From: an uncultured Luteolibacter sp.
GTDB lineage: Bacteria > Verrucomicrobiota > Verrucomicrobiia > Verrucomicrobiales > Akkermansiaceae
Assembly (NCBI GenBank): GCA_964554865.1
Contig: CAZKQK010000003.1
Location: forward strand, 22,931-86,930
Direction of reading: 5' to 3'
DNA: 64,000 nt
Shown here piece by piece: positions 36,328 through 46,395 of this stretch. The translations under genes and the position numbers were made by a program. The notes under the pieces are model-generated. The model did not search any database. It worked only from the letters and a program-made list of their open reading frames with translations, and was not told where the DNA came from. Every line of letters starts with the position of its first letter. Position 1 is the stretch's first letter.

Positions 36328-37230
36328 TCACGCGTCCGCCAGCGAAGCGGCGCGCTCGGCGATCAGCGCGATCAGACCGGCCAGTTCCGCTCCCGTCTCG
36401 GCGCGCGGTTTCACCAGCAGCAGTTGGGTGGCGATCACCGGCGAGGAAATTGTTAGAAAGACGCATCCCGCGTGCGGCAGCTTCCTCGCGTGCGCCGGGA
36501 TGATGCCGACTCCCGCTCCGGTGGCGACGGCGGCGAGCATCAGCGGCAGGGAGTCCAGCTCGGCCACGATCCGCGGCCCGAAGCCCGCCGTCGCGCAGGA
36601 TTCTAACAAAAACTCCCGGCGCCCCGGGAAAAACGCGTTCGAGAGCGAGACCCACGCGTCGGTTTTCAACTCCGCGAGTTTCACCGCCTTGCGGCGCGCC
36701 AGCCGGTGATCCTCGGGCACCACGGCGGCGATGCGGTGCCTGGAGAGGCGGCGCACGGAAAACATGGCGCGCTCCGTTTCGTCGATGTTGCCGAGGATGG
36801 CGGCGTCGAGTTCATGGCGGCGCAGCCGTTCGATCTGCGCGCTCGGCGGAAGATCGAAGAGGCCGACCATGGACTTCGGATGCCGCTGTTGGAATTCCCT
36901 GACGGCCGGAGCGACCAGGTCGTCGAGGAAGGGACCGATGAATCCCAGCCGCAGGGTCCGCCGCTCGCCGCCGAAGCGCTCGCGCACCTGCTGGGCGGAG
37001 AGTTCCGCGTCGCAGAGGATCTGGCGTGCCCGTTCGAGAAAGAAACGCCCGGCCGCCGTGAGATGGATGCGCTTTTTCACGCGGTCGAATAACAATACCC
37101 CCACCTCGTCCTCCAGCAGCGCGATCTGGCGGCTCAGCGCGGGCTGCGAGACATGCATGCGCTCCGCCGCCCGCGTCATGCCCTGCTCCTCGGCCGCAGC
37201 CACGAAGTAGCGGAGTTGGTGGAATTCCAT
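36328..37230 (-). CDS. LysR-family transcriptional regulator
   Basis: MEFHQLRYF.A.AEE..MTRAAERMHVSQPALSRQI..LE; divergent from pirin. Confidence 0.95.
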   Translation of the reverse strand: MEFHQLRYFVAAAEEQGMTRAAERMHVSQPALSRQIALLEDEVGVLLFDRVKKRIHLTAAGRFFLERARQILCDAELSAQQVRERFGGERRTLRLGFIGPFLDDLVAPAVREFQQRHPKSMVGLFDLPPSAQIERLRRHELDAAILGNIDETERAMFSVRRLSRHRIAAVVPEDHRLARRKAVKLAELKTDAWVSLSNAFFPGRREFLLESCATAGFGPRIVAELDSLPLMLAAVATGAGVGIIPAHARKLPHAGCVFLTISSPVIATQLLLVKPRAETGAELAGLIALIAERAASLADA

Positions 37231-37347
37231 GCGGAAGCCTCGCACCGGCCGCCGGACGCTGCAAGCAGGTTCATAACCTGAGGGCATGAACTTGGGAAGC
37301 AAGTGGCATTGGCCGTGTTTCCGGTTTCGTGGAATTCTTGCGGCGAG

Positions 37348-38049
37348 ATGAAAACAACACTCCGCAAAGCCTCCGACCGCGGGCACGCCAACCACGGCTG
37401 GCTCGACACCTGGCATACCTTCAGTTTCGCCGATTACTACGATCCCTCGCACATGGGTTTCCGCAGCCTGCGTGTGATCAATGACGACAAGGTGGCTCCC
37501 GGCGCGGGTTTCCCCACGCATCCGCACCGGGACATGGAAATCTTCAGTTATGTCGTTTCCGGCGCCATCGAGCACAAGGACAGCATGGGCAACGGCCGCC
37601 GGCTGCTTCCCGGGCAGATCCAGCTGATGAGCGCGGGCTCCGGTGTGACCCACTCCGAGTTCAACCCGCTGCCGAACGAGCCGCTGCACCTGCTCCAGAT
37701 CTGGATCAAGCCGCGGACCCAGGGGCTGCGGCCATCCTACACCGAGTGGCACCCCACGCCGGAATCCGAAGCCGCGTCCAAAGTGCTGGTGATTTCACCG
37801 GACGGAACCGAAAACTCCGCCACCATCCGGCAGGACGCCAGAATCTATCGGCTACGCCTCAAGGCCGGGGAAAGCGTCAGCCACGACCTTGCCGAAGGCC
37901 GCGGGCTGTGGCTCCAGCTCATCCGGGGAAACGCAAGCGCCGCCGGAACCGAACTCGCCCCCGGCGACGGACTGACCGTCGAGGGCGCCGGCCATGTCAC
38001 GGTTTCCGCCACCAGCGATGCCGAGGCGCTGCTTTTCGATCTCGCGTGA
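37348..38049 (+). CDS. Pirin-family protein (YhhW-like)
   Basis: HTFSFADYYDP, GFPTHPHRDMEI, HKDSMGN, MSAGSGVTHSE. Confidence 0.95.
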   Translation: MKTTLRKASDRGHANHGWLDTWHTFSFADYYDPSHMGFRSLRVINDDKVAPGAGFPTHPHRDMEIFSYVVSGAIEHKDSMGNGRRLLPGQIQLMSAGSGVTHSEFNPLPNEPLHLLQIWIKPRTQGLRPSYTEWHPTPESEAASKVLVISPDGTENSATIRQDARIYRLRLKAGESVSHDLAEGRGLWLQLIRGNASAAGTELAPGDGLTVEGAGHVTVSATSDAEALLFDLA

Positions 38050-38146
38050 CCGAAATTCCACCAGAAACCCCTTGAAAACACTTCGTTCCGCTCCAACCGG
38101 TTTCCATCCGTAATCCGAACACACAACCAATACCCCGACCACCAAC

Positions 38147-38761
38147 ATGAAATCCGCCATCATCCCCATTGTTTCCGCGTTTGGCATCGCCACCGCGTCC
38201 GCCGCGCCCCAGACCTTCGACTTCAAGGATCCGAAGGGCGTCAACCATGCCAAGTTCACCCTCGACGCCCCGCTTGAGACCATCAGCGGCGTGGCCAACG
38301 GCGTGAGCGGCACCCTCACTGTCGATCCCGACAAACCGGAAGCCACCAGCGGCACCATCACCGTGGAAACCAAGTCGCTTCATGTCGAGAACCCGATGAT
38401 GAAGGAGCACATGCTCGGAGCCGAGTGGTTGGACGCGGAGAAAAACCCCAGCATCACCTTCAGGGTGAAATCGCTGAAGGATTACAAGATGAGCGATGGC
38501 AAGGCTTCCGCCACCGTCGTCGGCACCTTCTCGCTCAGGGGAGTTGAAAAGGAAATCGAAGTGCCCGCCACCGTCACCCTGCTTCCCGGCAAACTGGCCG
38601 ACCGCAGCGGCGGCAAGATGCAGGGTGATCTCGCGGTCATCCGCGCCAACTTCACCATCAGGCGCACCGATTTCGGCATCAACCCGAAGGCGCCGGAAGA
38701 CAAGGTGTCCGACGAGATCGCCGTCACGCTCGCCATCGCCGGGGCATCGCCGAAAAACTGA
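38147..38761 (+). CDS. YceI-family lipid/polyisoprenoid-binding protein
   Basis: Signal peptide; WLDAEKNP.I.F, G.F.LRGV.K, I.RTDFGI. Confidence 0.9.
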   Translation: MKSAIIPIVSAFGIATASAAPQTFDFKDPKGVNHAKFTLDAPLETISGVANGVSGTLTVDPDKPEATSGTITVETKSLHVENPMMKEHMLGAEWLDAEKNPSITFRVKSLKDYKMSDGKASATVVGTFSLRGVEKEIEVPATVTLLPGKLADRSGGKMQGDLAVIRANFTIRRTDFGINPKAPEDKVSDEIAVTLAIAGASPKN

Positions 38762-38774
38762 ACCCCGCCCCGTC

Positions 38775-39053
38775 ATGCGCGCCACCCTCCGCATCATTGC
38801 CGCCGTCATCCTGTTAGCCGCCGTGGTTTGGTGGTGGCGCGCCGGGGCCCACAAGGGCTGGACCAAAACCAGCGTCCGGATCTGGAAATACGACGAGATC
38901 ACGGAAATATCATATCCCGAGAACGAAAAACGCTTCGTGCCCGGCGTGGATTTCCTGGCGGCCGGAGGCGTGACATCGGCGCTGCTCGCCGGTGCCGCGT
39001 TTTTCTTCGGCCGGAACAAACATAACAAACCCAAGCCGCATCCCTCATCATGA
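38775..39053 (+). CDS. Small membrane protein, two hydrophobic segments
   Basis: GWTKTSV...DEITEI...FVPGVDFL between two TM segments; coupled to the next gene. Confidence 0.65.
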   Translation: MRATLRIIAAVILLAAVVWWWRAGAHKGWTKTSVRIWKYDEITEISYPENEKRFVPGVDFLAAGGVTSALLAGAAFFFGRNKHNKPKPHPSS

Positions 39054-39955
39054 ATCCGGGCACCCTCCACTCGCTCATGCTCTCCGGTGAGCGCCACGCG
39101 ATCCTCAACGTGCTGCCGCCCGAGGTTTTCGCCGCGAGTCGGATCGCGGGTTCGGTGAACGCCTGCGTTTACGAGACCGCCTTCATCGACAAGGTCATCG
39201 GATCGGGCATCGCCCGCGACGCGGTGCTCGTTGTCTGCGGAGCGGGCGGCGGATCGCGGGATTCCGCCGAGGCGGCGGCGAAACTCGGTGCCGCCGGATT
39301 CGGCAACGTGATGGTGCTCGATGGCGGCATGGATGCCTGGCAGGCCGCCGGTTACGCGGTGGAAGGCCATGGCGAAACGCCGGCCCCTCCAGTTGCCGAC
39401 GGGATCTATCAGGCGGACATCGAACAAAGCGTCATCCGCTGGACCGGGCGCAACCTGTTCAACCATCACAACGGCACGCTGCGCCTCGCCGCGGGCGCCA
39501 TCGTGGCGAAACACGGGGTGCTGGAGTCCGCCCGCTTCACCATCGACATGGAATCCGTCTCCTGCGAGGATCTAACAGACCCGGATTACAATACGATGCT
39601 TCTGAACCATCTGAAAAACTCCGACTTCTTCGAAACCTCGCGTTTCCCCACGGCCGGGTTTGTGATCGGGGCGGCGACACCGGTTGAGGGTGCAAGCGAA
39701 GGGCTTCCGAACCACATCCTGCGCGGAACGCTCACGCTCAGGGGCATCTCGAAGCCGCTTGAATTCCCTGCGGTGATCGCCTGCGAGGCCGGCCGCGTGA
39801 CCGGACAGGCGCAGGTGGAGATCGACCGCACCGAGTTTGGCAGCATCTACGGCTCCGGACGCTTCTTCCGTTTTCTCGGCAAGCATGTGGTGAACGACCA
39901 CATCCAGCTCCATCTCAAGATCCACGCGGTCAGGGTCGCCGGGGCGGCTTGTTGA
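39050..39955 (+). CDS. Rhodanese-YceI fusion protein
   Basis: N-terminal rhodanese (F...RIAGS, LDGG..AW..AG) and C-terminal YceI (HNG, DFF.T..FP.A.F, IDRT.FG..YG). Confidence 0.85.
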   Translation: MNPGTLHSLMLSGERHAILNVLPPEVFAASRIAGSVNACVYETAFIDKVIGSGIARDAVLVVCGAGGGSRDSAEAAAKLGAAGFGNVMVLDGGMDAWQAAGYAVEGHGETPAPPVADGIYQADIEQSVIRWTGRNLFNHHNGTLRLAAGAIVAKHGVLESARFTIDMESVSCEDLTDPDYNTMLLNHLKNSDFFETSRFPTAGFVIGAATPVEGASEGLPNHILRGTLTLRGISKPLEFPAVIACEAGRVTGQAQVEIDRTEFGSIYGSGRFFRFLGKHVVNDHIQLHLKIHAVRVAGAAC

Positions 39956-39973
39956 GGAGTTCCTGGTTTCCGT

Positions 39974-40555
39974 TCAGCGGCCCATCAGCTTCGCCACATG
40001 CTTGGCGAGCATGTCCGCTTCCAGATTCACCGCTTGTCCGGGAATCGCGGCATGAAGATGCGTGTGATCCCAGGTATGCGGGGTGATCCAGAAAACCGCC
40101 TCCGCATCATGGAGTTCGGCGATCGTGAGTGAAATGCCGTCGATGGCGATCGAGCCCTTGTCCACGCACAGCCGGTGGATTTCCGGCGGGATGGAAACAC
40201 CGAGGATGTGATCCTGTCCGCTTCGTTCGAGGCGGGTGATGGTGCCGGTGGCGTCCACGTGGCCTTGCACGAAGTGCCCGCCGAAGCGGTCGCCCGCGCG
40301 CATCGCGCGTTCGAGGTTCGCTTTCGATCCGGCGGCCAGCGCGCCCAGCGAGGTGACACGCAGCGTCTGGGCGAGGATGTCGAACGAGACTCCGCCTGTT
40401 AGATCGGCCGCCGTCAGGCAGCAACCGTTCACCGCGACGGAGTCGCCGAGAGAGAGTTCGCCGGCGAAGGGAATCTCCAGCGTGAGCCGCGCCTGTTCGC
40501 CGCGGGTTTCGAGCGAGGCGACGGTGCCGACGGCTTCGACCAGTCCGGTGAACAT
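39974..40555 (-). CDS. ribE: Riboflavin synthase (alpha chain)
   Basis: MFTGLVE, GDSVAVNGCCLT, NLERA, GGHFVQGHVD, GSIAIDGISLT. Confidence 0.97.
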   Translation of the reverse strand: MFTGLVEAVGTVASLETRGEQARLTLEIPFAGELSLGDSVAVNGCCLTAADLTGGVSFDILAQTLRVTSLGALAAGSKANLERAMRAGDRFGGHFVQGHVDATGTITRLERSGQDHILGVSIPPEIHRLCVDKGSIAIDGISLTIAELHDAEAVFWITPHTWDHTHLHAAIPGQAVNLEADMLAKHVAKLMGR

Positions 40556-40558
40556 GGG

Positions 40559-42193
40559 TTAGCGGGCGGGGGTGGTCTGCTGGATGGCGGCCTTGTGCCC
40601 GGGCGGATGTTCCTTTGCCGGACCGTTGGGCAGGAAAACGAAGCAGGCGTAAACGATGATTGTCGGAACGATCGCGCCGAGGAACAGGCCAAGTGGCGAA
40701 ACCCCGTCCTTGAAAAACCTGGCAAGAATGCTCTGGCCGGCGGGATTGGGGGCATTGGCGATAACGGTGAGTCCGCCACCGGTCACGGCGCCGGCGACAA
40801 CGGCGTGTTTGGCACTCAGGGAGATGTCCTGAACCTGGGCCGCGAGATAGGTGATCGCGGCGTTGTCGTTGAATGCGGTGAGAACCGTCGCGCCGAACAT
40901 CAGCGCCCTGTCATTGAGCGAGGTGATGACCGGGGCGATCCACCAGGCCTGGCAGCCACCGTGGATGACGAGACCGGCGAGGAAGAATCCGACCAGGATC
41001 GGGCCGCGCAGCGACATCGGGTTCTGGTGGTGTTGGGTGGCGGTGGTGAAGGCCATGAAGAACAGGAAACCGCCGATGAAGAGCACCGGGTAGTGCGCGG
41101 TGTAAACCGTCCACGCGAGGAAGACCAGGTGGACGAAGGTCACCCACGGAGGCACGGGATTCTCGCGTTCCACCCAACCGGCGGGCTCGATCACACCATC
41201 CTCCCTGCCGTCCGCGCGATCGGACAGCCGGAAGAGTTCCTTGCGGAACCAGGCGAAATAGAGCGTGCTGGAGAGACCGATGCCGGTCACGGCCTTCCAC
41301 CCGAAGTGCTCGACCATGTACAGCGTGTCCCAGCCCCACTTGCCGGCGACCATGAGCACCGGAGGCGCGGCGAAGTGGGTGAGTGTGCCGCCGACGGAAA
41401 TGTTGACAAAAAGCAGGCCAAGCGTGGCATAGGCGAGTTTCGGAGCCGGGTTGTGGCGGTAGAATTTCTTGGCGAGCAGCAGCGCGCCGATGGTCATGGC
41501 GGCGGGCTCGGTGATGAACGAGCCGAGGATTGGCGCGATGGTCAGGACGCTGAGCCACCATGCCGAGGGCGAGCCCTTGCCGAGCGCGGCGGCCTTGGAC
41601 ATCATCGCCTCGGCGAAACGCAGCACCGGCCGGCTTGAGGCGATGGCCATGATGACCACCACAAACAGCGGCTCGACGAACACCCGGTCCTTGCCGACGT
41701 AGAGCTTGAAGTCCGCCCACGAATGGAAGTAGGCGGCGGCTCCCGCCAGGGCGAGAACCCACAGGCCGAAGACCGCCTCGACCTCGCCGAGGAAATGGAA
41801 CAGCGATGCCTTGAAGGACACCTCCGGCACGCCGTCCGGATGGGTGACGGCCTTGGGGCGGCCGAGGCGTTCCAGTTTCTCCTCGTGTTCGTGTTCGAAC
41901 TTGTGCGCCAGCCTGAGGAAAGTGCTCGCGGCGAAGGTGTGGAGAATGGCCAGAATGAAGATGACGGTGGCGGCCACGTTGAACGGCTCCGCGGCGGCGC
42001 GCGCCTTGATGATCCCGATGGCTCCGCCCCCGATCTTCGGATAGGTTTCGAGCGGCTTGGGAAACGCGGCGTATTGCGTGGAGCCGTCGCTCAGCCGGGG
42101 AAAGGCGGGTTCGGGATCGGCGGCCGCCGCGGCGGGAACGGCGGCGCCAACCAGAAGGGCGATCAGGGCGAGTAGTGAAACCAGTTGCTTCAT
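40559..42193 (-). CDS. Putative Na+/H+ antiporter (Na_H_antiport_3 family)
   Basis: Multi-TM; GEVEAVFGLW, GSFITEPAAMT, NISVGGTLTHFAAPP, GGGLTVIANAPNPAG. Confidence 0.85.
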   Translation of the reverse strand: MKQLVSLLALIALLVGAAVPAAAAADPEPAFPRLSDGSTQYAAFPKPLETYPKIGGGAIGIIKARAAAEPFNVAATVIFILAILHTFAASTFLRLAHKFEHEHEEKLERLGRPKAVTHPDGVPEVSFKASLFHFLGEVEAVFGLWVLALAGAAAYFHSWADFKLYVGKDRVFVEPLFVVVIMAIASSRPVLRFAEAMMSKAAALGKGSPSAWWLSVLTIAPILGSFITEPAAMTIGALLLAKKFYRHNPAPKLAYATLGLLFVNISVGGTLTHFAAPPVLMVAGKWGWDTLYMVEHFGWKAVTGIGLSSTLYFAWFRKELFRLSDRADGREDGVIEPAGWVERENPVPPWVTFVHLVFLAWTVYTAHYPVLFIGGFLFFMAFTTATQHHQNPMSLRGPILVGFFLAGLVIHGGCQAWWIAPVITSLNDRALMFGATVLTAFNDNAAITYLAAQVQDISLSAKHAVVAGAVTGGGLTVIANAPNPAGQSILARFFKDGVSPLGLFLGAIVPTIIVYACFVFLPNGPAKEHPPGHKAAIQQTTPAR

Positions 42194-42256
42194 GGCGGGA
42201 GCGCGGGAGTCTTACCGGCGGGTTCGGGGCGCGGCAAGGGGGAACTTGGCGGGCTT

Positions 42257-43156
42257 TCAGGGCGGGGTGACGGGTTCCAGCCAGGTTTCCCGCCGGAACC
42301 ACGTTTCCTGTCTCTTGGCATATTGGCGGGTGGCGGCGTTGATGAGGTCTTCACAGGCGGGGCGGCCGATGGTTCCATCCAACATGGAACGGATCTCGCG
42401 GAAGCCGATGGCCTTGGCGCAGGTGGCGGAGGCGTGGGGCAGGGCGGCGACTTCGTCGATGGCGCCGCCGTCGAGCATGGCGCGGGTGCGGAGGGCGATG
42501 CGGGCGTGGAGGGCGGCGCGGTCGCGTTGGATGAGGAGGCCGCGCGGATTGGCGGTCAGATCGCGGGTCTTGGTTTCCCATTGGTCGCGGAGGCGGGAGG
42601 CCTTTTGTCCTGTTAGAAGGCAGATTTCCAGGGCGCGGGAAACGTAGCGGCGGTTTTGCAGGGCGGTGCGGGCGGCTTCCGCGGGGTCGAGTTGGCGGAG
42701 TTGGTCGACCAGGTCCTCAAGCGGGCGGGCGTCGAGTTCCGCGCGGAGTTTCGCATCGCCATGAGGCAGGGGAGCGGGGCCGTGGGTGAGGAATTTCAGG
42801 TAGAGGCCGGAGCCGCCGACGATGATCGGGGTTTTTCCCCGTTGTTGGATTTCCGCAATCACCGGACGGGAGAGGCGGAGATATTTGCCGGCGTCCATGG
42901 TTTCGGCGGGACCGATGATGCCGAAGAGGTGGTGGGGGATTTGCCGCCGTTCTCCGGCGGTGGGTGCGGCGCTGAGGATTTCGAGGCCGCGGTAGAGTTG
43001 GAAGGCGTCGGCGTTGAGAATCTCGCCATCGAGTTCGCGGGCGAGTTGCAGAGCGAGCGCGGTTTTGCCGGAGGCGGTGGGGCCGCAGACGTAATAGGGA
43101 GTGGGGGCGCTCTTGTCCCCGGGTCTTGAATCGCTTTCGCCCGTTCGCTTTGCCAT
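42257..43156 (-). CDS. miaA: tRNA dimethylallyltransferase
   Basis: GPTASGKT, DAFQLYRGL.I.SA.P, VGGSGLY, TRQYAKRQ.TWF. Confidence 0.97.
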   Translation of the reverse strand: MAKRTGESDSRPGDKSAPTPYYVCGPTASGKTALALQLARELDGEILNADAFQLYRGLEILSAAPTAGERRQIPHHLFGIIGPAETMDAGKYLRLSRPVIAEIQQRGKTPIIVGGSGLYLKFLTHGPAPLPHGDAKLRAELDARPLEDLVDQLRQLDPAEAARTALQNRRYVSRALEICLLTGQKASRLRDQWETKTRDLTANPRGLLIQRDRAALHARIALRTRAMLDGGAIDEVAALPHASATCAKAIGFREIRSMLDGTIGRPACEDLINAATRQYAKRQETWFRRETWLEPVTPP

Positions 43157-43210
43157 GGGATGTGGATTCCAACTCGCTGTTTGAGGCGATCTCCGCAGTT
43201 CGTTGCCGGG

Positions 43211-43486
43211 CTATTTGCGCCTTGTTCCGAAACGTGGATTCCGGCGGTCGTGGCGCAAGGTCATGACACGCACTCCGCCCGGTTCCTGATAGAACAACAG
43301 GTGGTAGGGAAAGCGGCGTAAATTCGCTTGACGCCAACCGCAGGGGTCGAAGTGGTGGCGCTCGGGATGATCATCAAGCTCACCGCAGATTCGCTCGAAT
43401 TCCGCCCAGAAGTCATCACCCGACGAGTCGTAATGGCGAAGTGCGGCGGATACATCCCGGCGGACTTGTGGATGGAAACGGGGCAT
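43211..43486 (-). CDS. RelE/ParE-family toxin
   Basis: 91 aa, RFPYHLLF...V..L.H.RR.P; overlaps the stop of the upstream antitoxin. Confidence 0.8.
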   Translation of the reverse strand: MPRFHPQVRRDVSAALRHYDSSGDDFWAEFERICGELDDHPERHHFDPCGWRQANLRRFPYHLLFYQEPGGVRVMTLRHDRRNPRFGTRRK

Positions 43487-43704
43487 CAGCGGCGGCGGTC
43501 TGCAAAAACCCCCGTGCGCAGATCAGTCATGGAGATCATCTCCACCTCGCCGGATTGCGCCTGGCGCATTCTTCCGGCGACTTCTTCGTCAGGGACGTCG
43601 TAATCCGGCTCCGGCAGGGAATGGACCGGAAAACTTGCCAACGAGGCCCTCTGCTCCACGGGCAGGGTGGCGGCCATTTCCTTGAAATCGGAGAATGTTG
43701 TCAT
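43486..43704 (-). CDS. Addiction-module antitoxin component
   Basis: 72 aa acidic protein, LP.EQRA.LA..L..SL...E...R pattern; directly upstream of the toxin. Confidence 0.75.
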   Translation of the reverse strand: MTTFSDFKEMAATLPVEQRASLASFPVHSLPEPDYDVPDEEVAGRMRQAQSGEVEMISMTDLRTGVFADRRR

Positions 43705-43746
43705 GGGCGCAGCCTACCGGAATCCGGGAGTTTCGCAAGAAGCGCG

Positions 43747-45120
43747 TTAAAACGGGAATTTTCCGCCCATGCCCTTCATCATGTCCTTCATGCCGGACAT
43801 GCCGCCGAGCTGGTTCATCATGCCTTTCATCTTGTGGGGGGATTTCATCAGTTTGCGCATCTCGCCGAACTGTTTGATGAGTTGGTTCACCTCCATGAGG
43901 GTGGTGCCGGAGCCGGCGGCGATGCGCTGGCGGCGGGAGCCCTTGATGATTTCCGGGCGGCGGCGTTCCCCGAGGGTCATGGAGAGGACGATGGCCTCGG
44001 TGCGCTTGATCTTCGAGGTGTCCAGCGAGCCGCCGGGGAGTTGTTTCCTGATCTTGTTGAAGCCCGGCAGCATGCCCAACAGCCCGTCGAGAGGGCCGAG
44101 GTTGCGGATCATCCTCATTTGATCGAGGAAATCGGTGAAATCGAATTTGCCTTCCTGCATGCGCTTCATCGAGCGCATGGCATCGTCCTCGTTCACTTTG
44201 GAGGCGACTTGTTCCACCATGCCGACGATGTCGCCCATGCCGAGGATGCGGTCGGCCATGCGCGAGGGGTGGAACTCCATCAACTGGTCGAGTTTCTCGC
44301 CCTCGCCGGCGTATTTGATGGGCTTGCCGGTGACGGAGCGCATCGAGAGGGCCGCGCCGCCCCGGGCGTCGCCGTCGAGTTTTGTCAGAACGATGCCGGT
44401 GATGCCGACGGCGGCGTCGAAGTGTTTGGCGACGGAGACCGCCTGTTGGCCGGTGGCGGCGTCCGCGACGAGCAGGGTTTCCTTCGGCTGGAGGAAGTCG
44501 TGGAGGCGCTTGAGTTCGGCGACGAGTCGTTCGTCGATTTCCTGGCGGCCGGCGGTATCGAAGATGAGGACGGTGCCGCGCTGTTGTTCGGCCCACGGGA
44601 GGGCCTCGCGGGCGACCTTGACGACATCGGTCTCGGTGGCGGCCGGGGTGAAGCAGGGGACATCGATCTGTTTCGCGAGGGTGGCGAGTTGGTCGATGGC
44701 GGCGGGGCGGTAGAGGTCGCAGGCGATGAGCAGCGGGCGGCGGCCTTCCTTTTTCAGCCGGTTGGCGAGTTTGGCGGAGGTGGTGGTCTTGCCCGCGCCG
44801 TTGAGGCCGCAGATGAGGATGCGGGCGGGCGGGTTGAGGTCGAGCGGCGACTGGCCGCCGCCTAACAGATCGGCGAGTTCGTCATGGAAGATCTTGACGA
44901 TCTGCTCGCCGGGTTTGATCGACTTGAAGACATCCTCGCCCATGGACTTGTCCTTGACGCGGGCGATGAATTCCTTGGCGACTCCGAATTCGACATCGGC
45001 CTCAAGCAGGGCGATGCGGATGTCGCGCAGGGCGTCCGCGATGTTTTTCTCGGAGATTTTTCCGACGCCGCGGAGGTTGCGGAAGGTTTTGTCGAGGCTG
45101 TCTGTTAGGGAGGAGAACAT
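43747..45120 (-). CDS. ffh: Signal recognition particle protein Ffh
   Basis: ALLEADV, GLNGAGKTT, DTAGR, TKLDGDARGGAALS, Met-rich M domain. Confidence 0.98.
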   Translation of the reverse strand: MFSSLTDSLDKTFRNLRGVGKISEKNIADALRDIRIALLEADVEFGVAKEFIARVKDKSMGEDVFKSIKPGEQIVKIFHDELADLLGGGQSPLDLNPPARILICGLNGAGKTTTSAKLANRLKKEGRRPLLIACDLYRPAAIDQLATLAKQIDVPCFTPAATETDVVKVAREALPWAEQQRGTVLIFDTAGRQEIDERLVAELKRLHDFLQPKETLLVADAATGQQAVSVAKHFDAAVGITGIVLTKLDGDARGGAALSMRSVTGKPIKYAGEGEKLDQLMEFHPSRMADRILGMGDIVGMVEQVASKVNEDDAMRSMKRMQEGKFDFTDFLDQMRMIRNLGPLDGLLGMLPGFNKIRKQLPGGSLDTSKIKRTEAIVLSMTLGERRRPEIIKGSRRQRIAAGSGTTLMEVNQLIKQFGEMRKLMKSPHKMKGMMNQLGGMSGMKDMMKGMGGKFPF

Positions 45121-45161
45121 GGGAACGGGAATTGGGGATATGAGATTTGAAATGGGGAATG

Positions 45162-46331
45162 CTACTCGCCGTCCGGCAGGTAGGCGGCGTCGCGGTCGAG
45201 TTGGAAGGACCAGCGGAGCGGGGTGTCGGGTGTTTTGCCGGCGGTGTTTTTCCAGGTGACGGAGACCTGGCAGGTGGGTTGGCGGAGGCGGCGGTTGACT
45301 TGCCAGGAGAACTTTTTGGTTTCGGCGGAGAAGGTGGCGGGCACTTCGCCGAAGCCGGAGACGCGCATGACGAGGGTGGTGGGATCGAGGTCATCGACCT
45401 TGGCGAGGTCGGTGGAGATTTCGGGCATGCGAGAGTTGACGATGGCGCCGGGTTCCGGGCTGACGGGGTGTGGGGTGGTCTGGATCATGCCGGCGATGGC
45501 GCCTTCGGGCGTGGAGGCCGGGGAGTTGGCATCGCGGAAGGTGGTGGCGAATTCGAAGATGCGGTCATAGTTGCCGAGGATCATGTATCTCGGCAGGCTT
45601 TCATCGGGCATCGAGCGTTTGACTTTCCCGGGCTGGACGGTGAAGGCGTGCACGTAACCGAACTCGCGGGACAGAGGCAGCATTTCCTCGGTGAAGAAGC
45701 CGCCGGGGTAGGCGTAGGTGTTTGCGGGCACCTTGAATCTGGCTTCGAGGAAACGTTTCGACTCGCCGAGTTCCTTGCGGAGGTAGGCGTCATAGGCGTC
45801 CGGTCCCTTGCGTTGGTGTGACTTGACCGTGGCGGGGTAGGGGTGGCTGACCGAGTGGCTGCCGATGGTGGCTCCCTGGCGGATCATTTCCTGGATCATG
45901 GGAGTGGTGAGCGCCTTGCCGCCGCCATCCACGTAGTTCTTGTAGAGGTAGAGGGTGTAGGGGTAGCCGAATTCCCTGAGGATCGGATAGGCGTCGGTAT
46001 AAACGGACTTCCAGCCGTCATCGAGGGTGAGCAGCACGGACTTGGCCGGGATTTCCTTCCCGCCTTTTTTCCAGGCGGTGAAGTCGTTGAGCGAGATCAC
46101 GGTGAGGCCGAGTTGGCGGATGGTTTCCATCTGCTTGCGGAACTTCGAGGTGCGGATCCGCATGGCGGTTTCCGGCAGGGTTTCCGAGAAATCGTGGTAG
46201 CCGAGAATGGAGACCCGCACGCCGTCGTCCGGTTCCTCTTCCACGGGAGTGACGACCGGAGGAGAGGCGGGTTCCTGGGCGTGCAGGAATGCCATGGCCA
46301 GCAGGCCGGAAATGAGCGGGCGAATCGTCAT
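45162..46331 (-). CDS. Polysaccharide deacetylase family protein (CE4)
   Basis: Signal peptide; ILGYHD, LTLDDG, IGSHS.SHP, YAYPGG. Confidence 0.9.
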   Translation of the reverse strand: MTIRPLISGLLAMAFLHAQEPASPPVVTPVEEEPDDGVRVSILGYHDFSETLPETAMRIRTSKFRKQMETIRQLGLTVISLNDFTAWKKGGKEIPAKSVLLTLDDGWKSVYTDAYPILREFGYPYTLYLYKNYVDGGGKALTTPMIQEMIRQGATIGSHSVSHPYPATVKSHQRKGPDAYDAYLRKELGESKRFLEARFKVPANTYAYPGGFFTEEMLPLSREFGYVHAFTVQPGKVKRSMPDESLPRYMILGNYDRIFEFATTFRDANSPASTPEGAIAGMIQTTPHPVSPEPGAIVNSRMPEISTDLAKVDDLDPTTLVMRVSGFGEVPATFSAETKKFSWQVNRRLRQPTCQVSVTWKNTAGKTPDTPLRWSFQLDRDAAYLPDGE

Positions 46332-46395
46332 CGGAGCGGGAAACTAGGCGCGCGCGGCGGATTTTGGAAGCACCAATGAGTCCGGTGGGTGGGGG

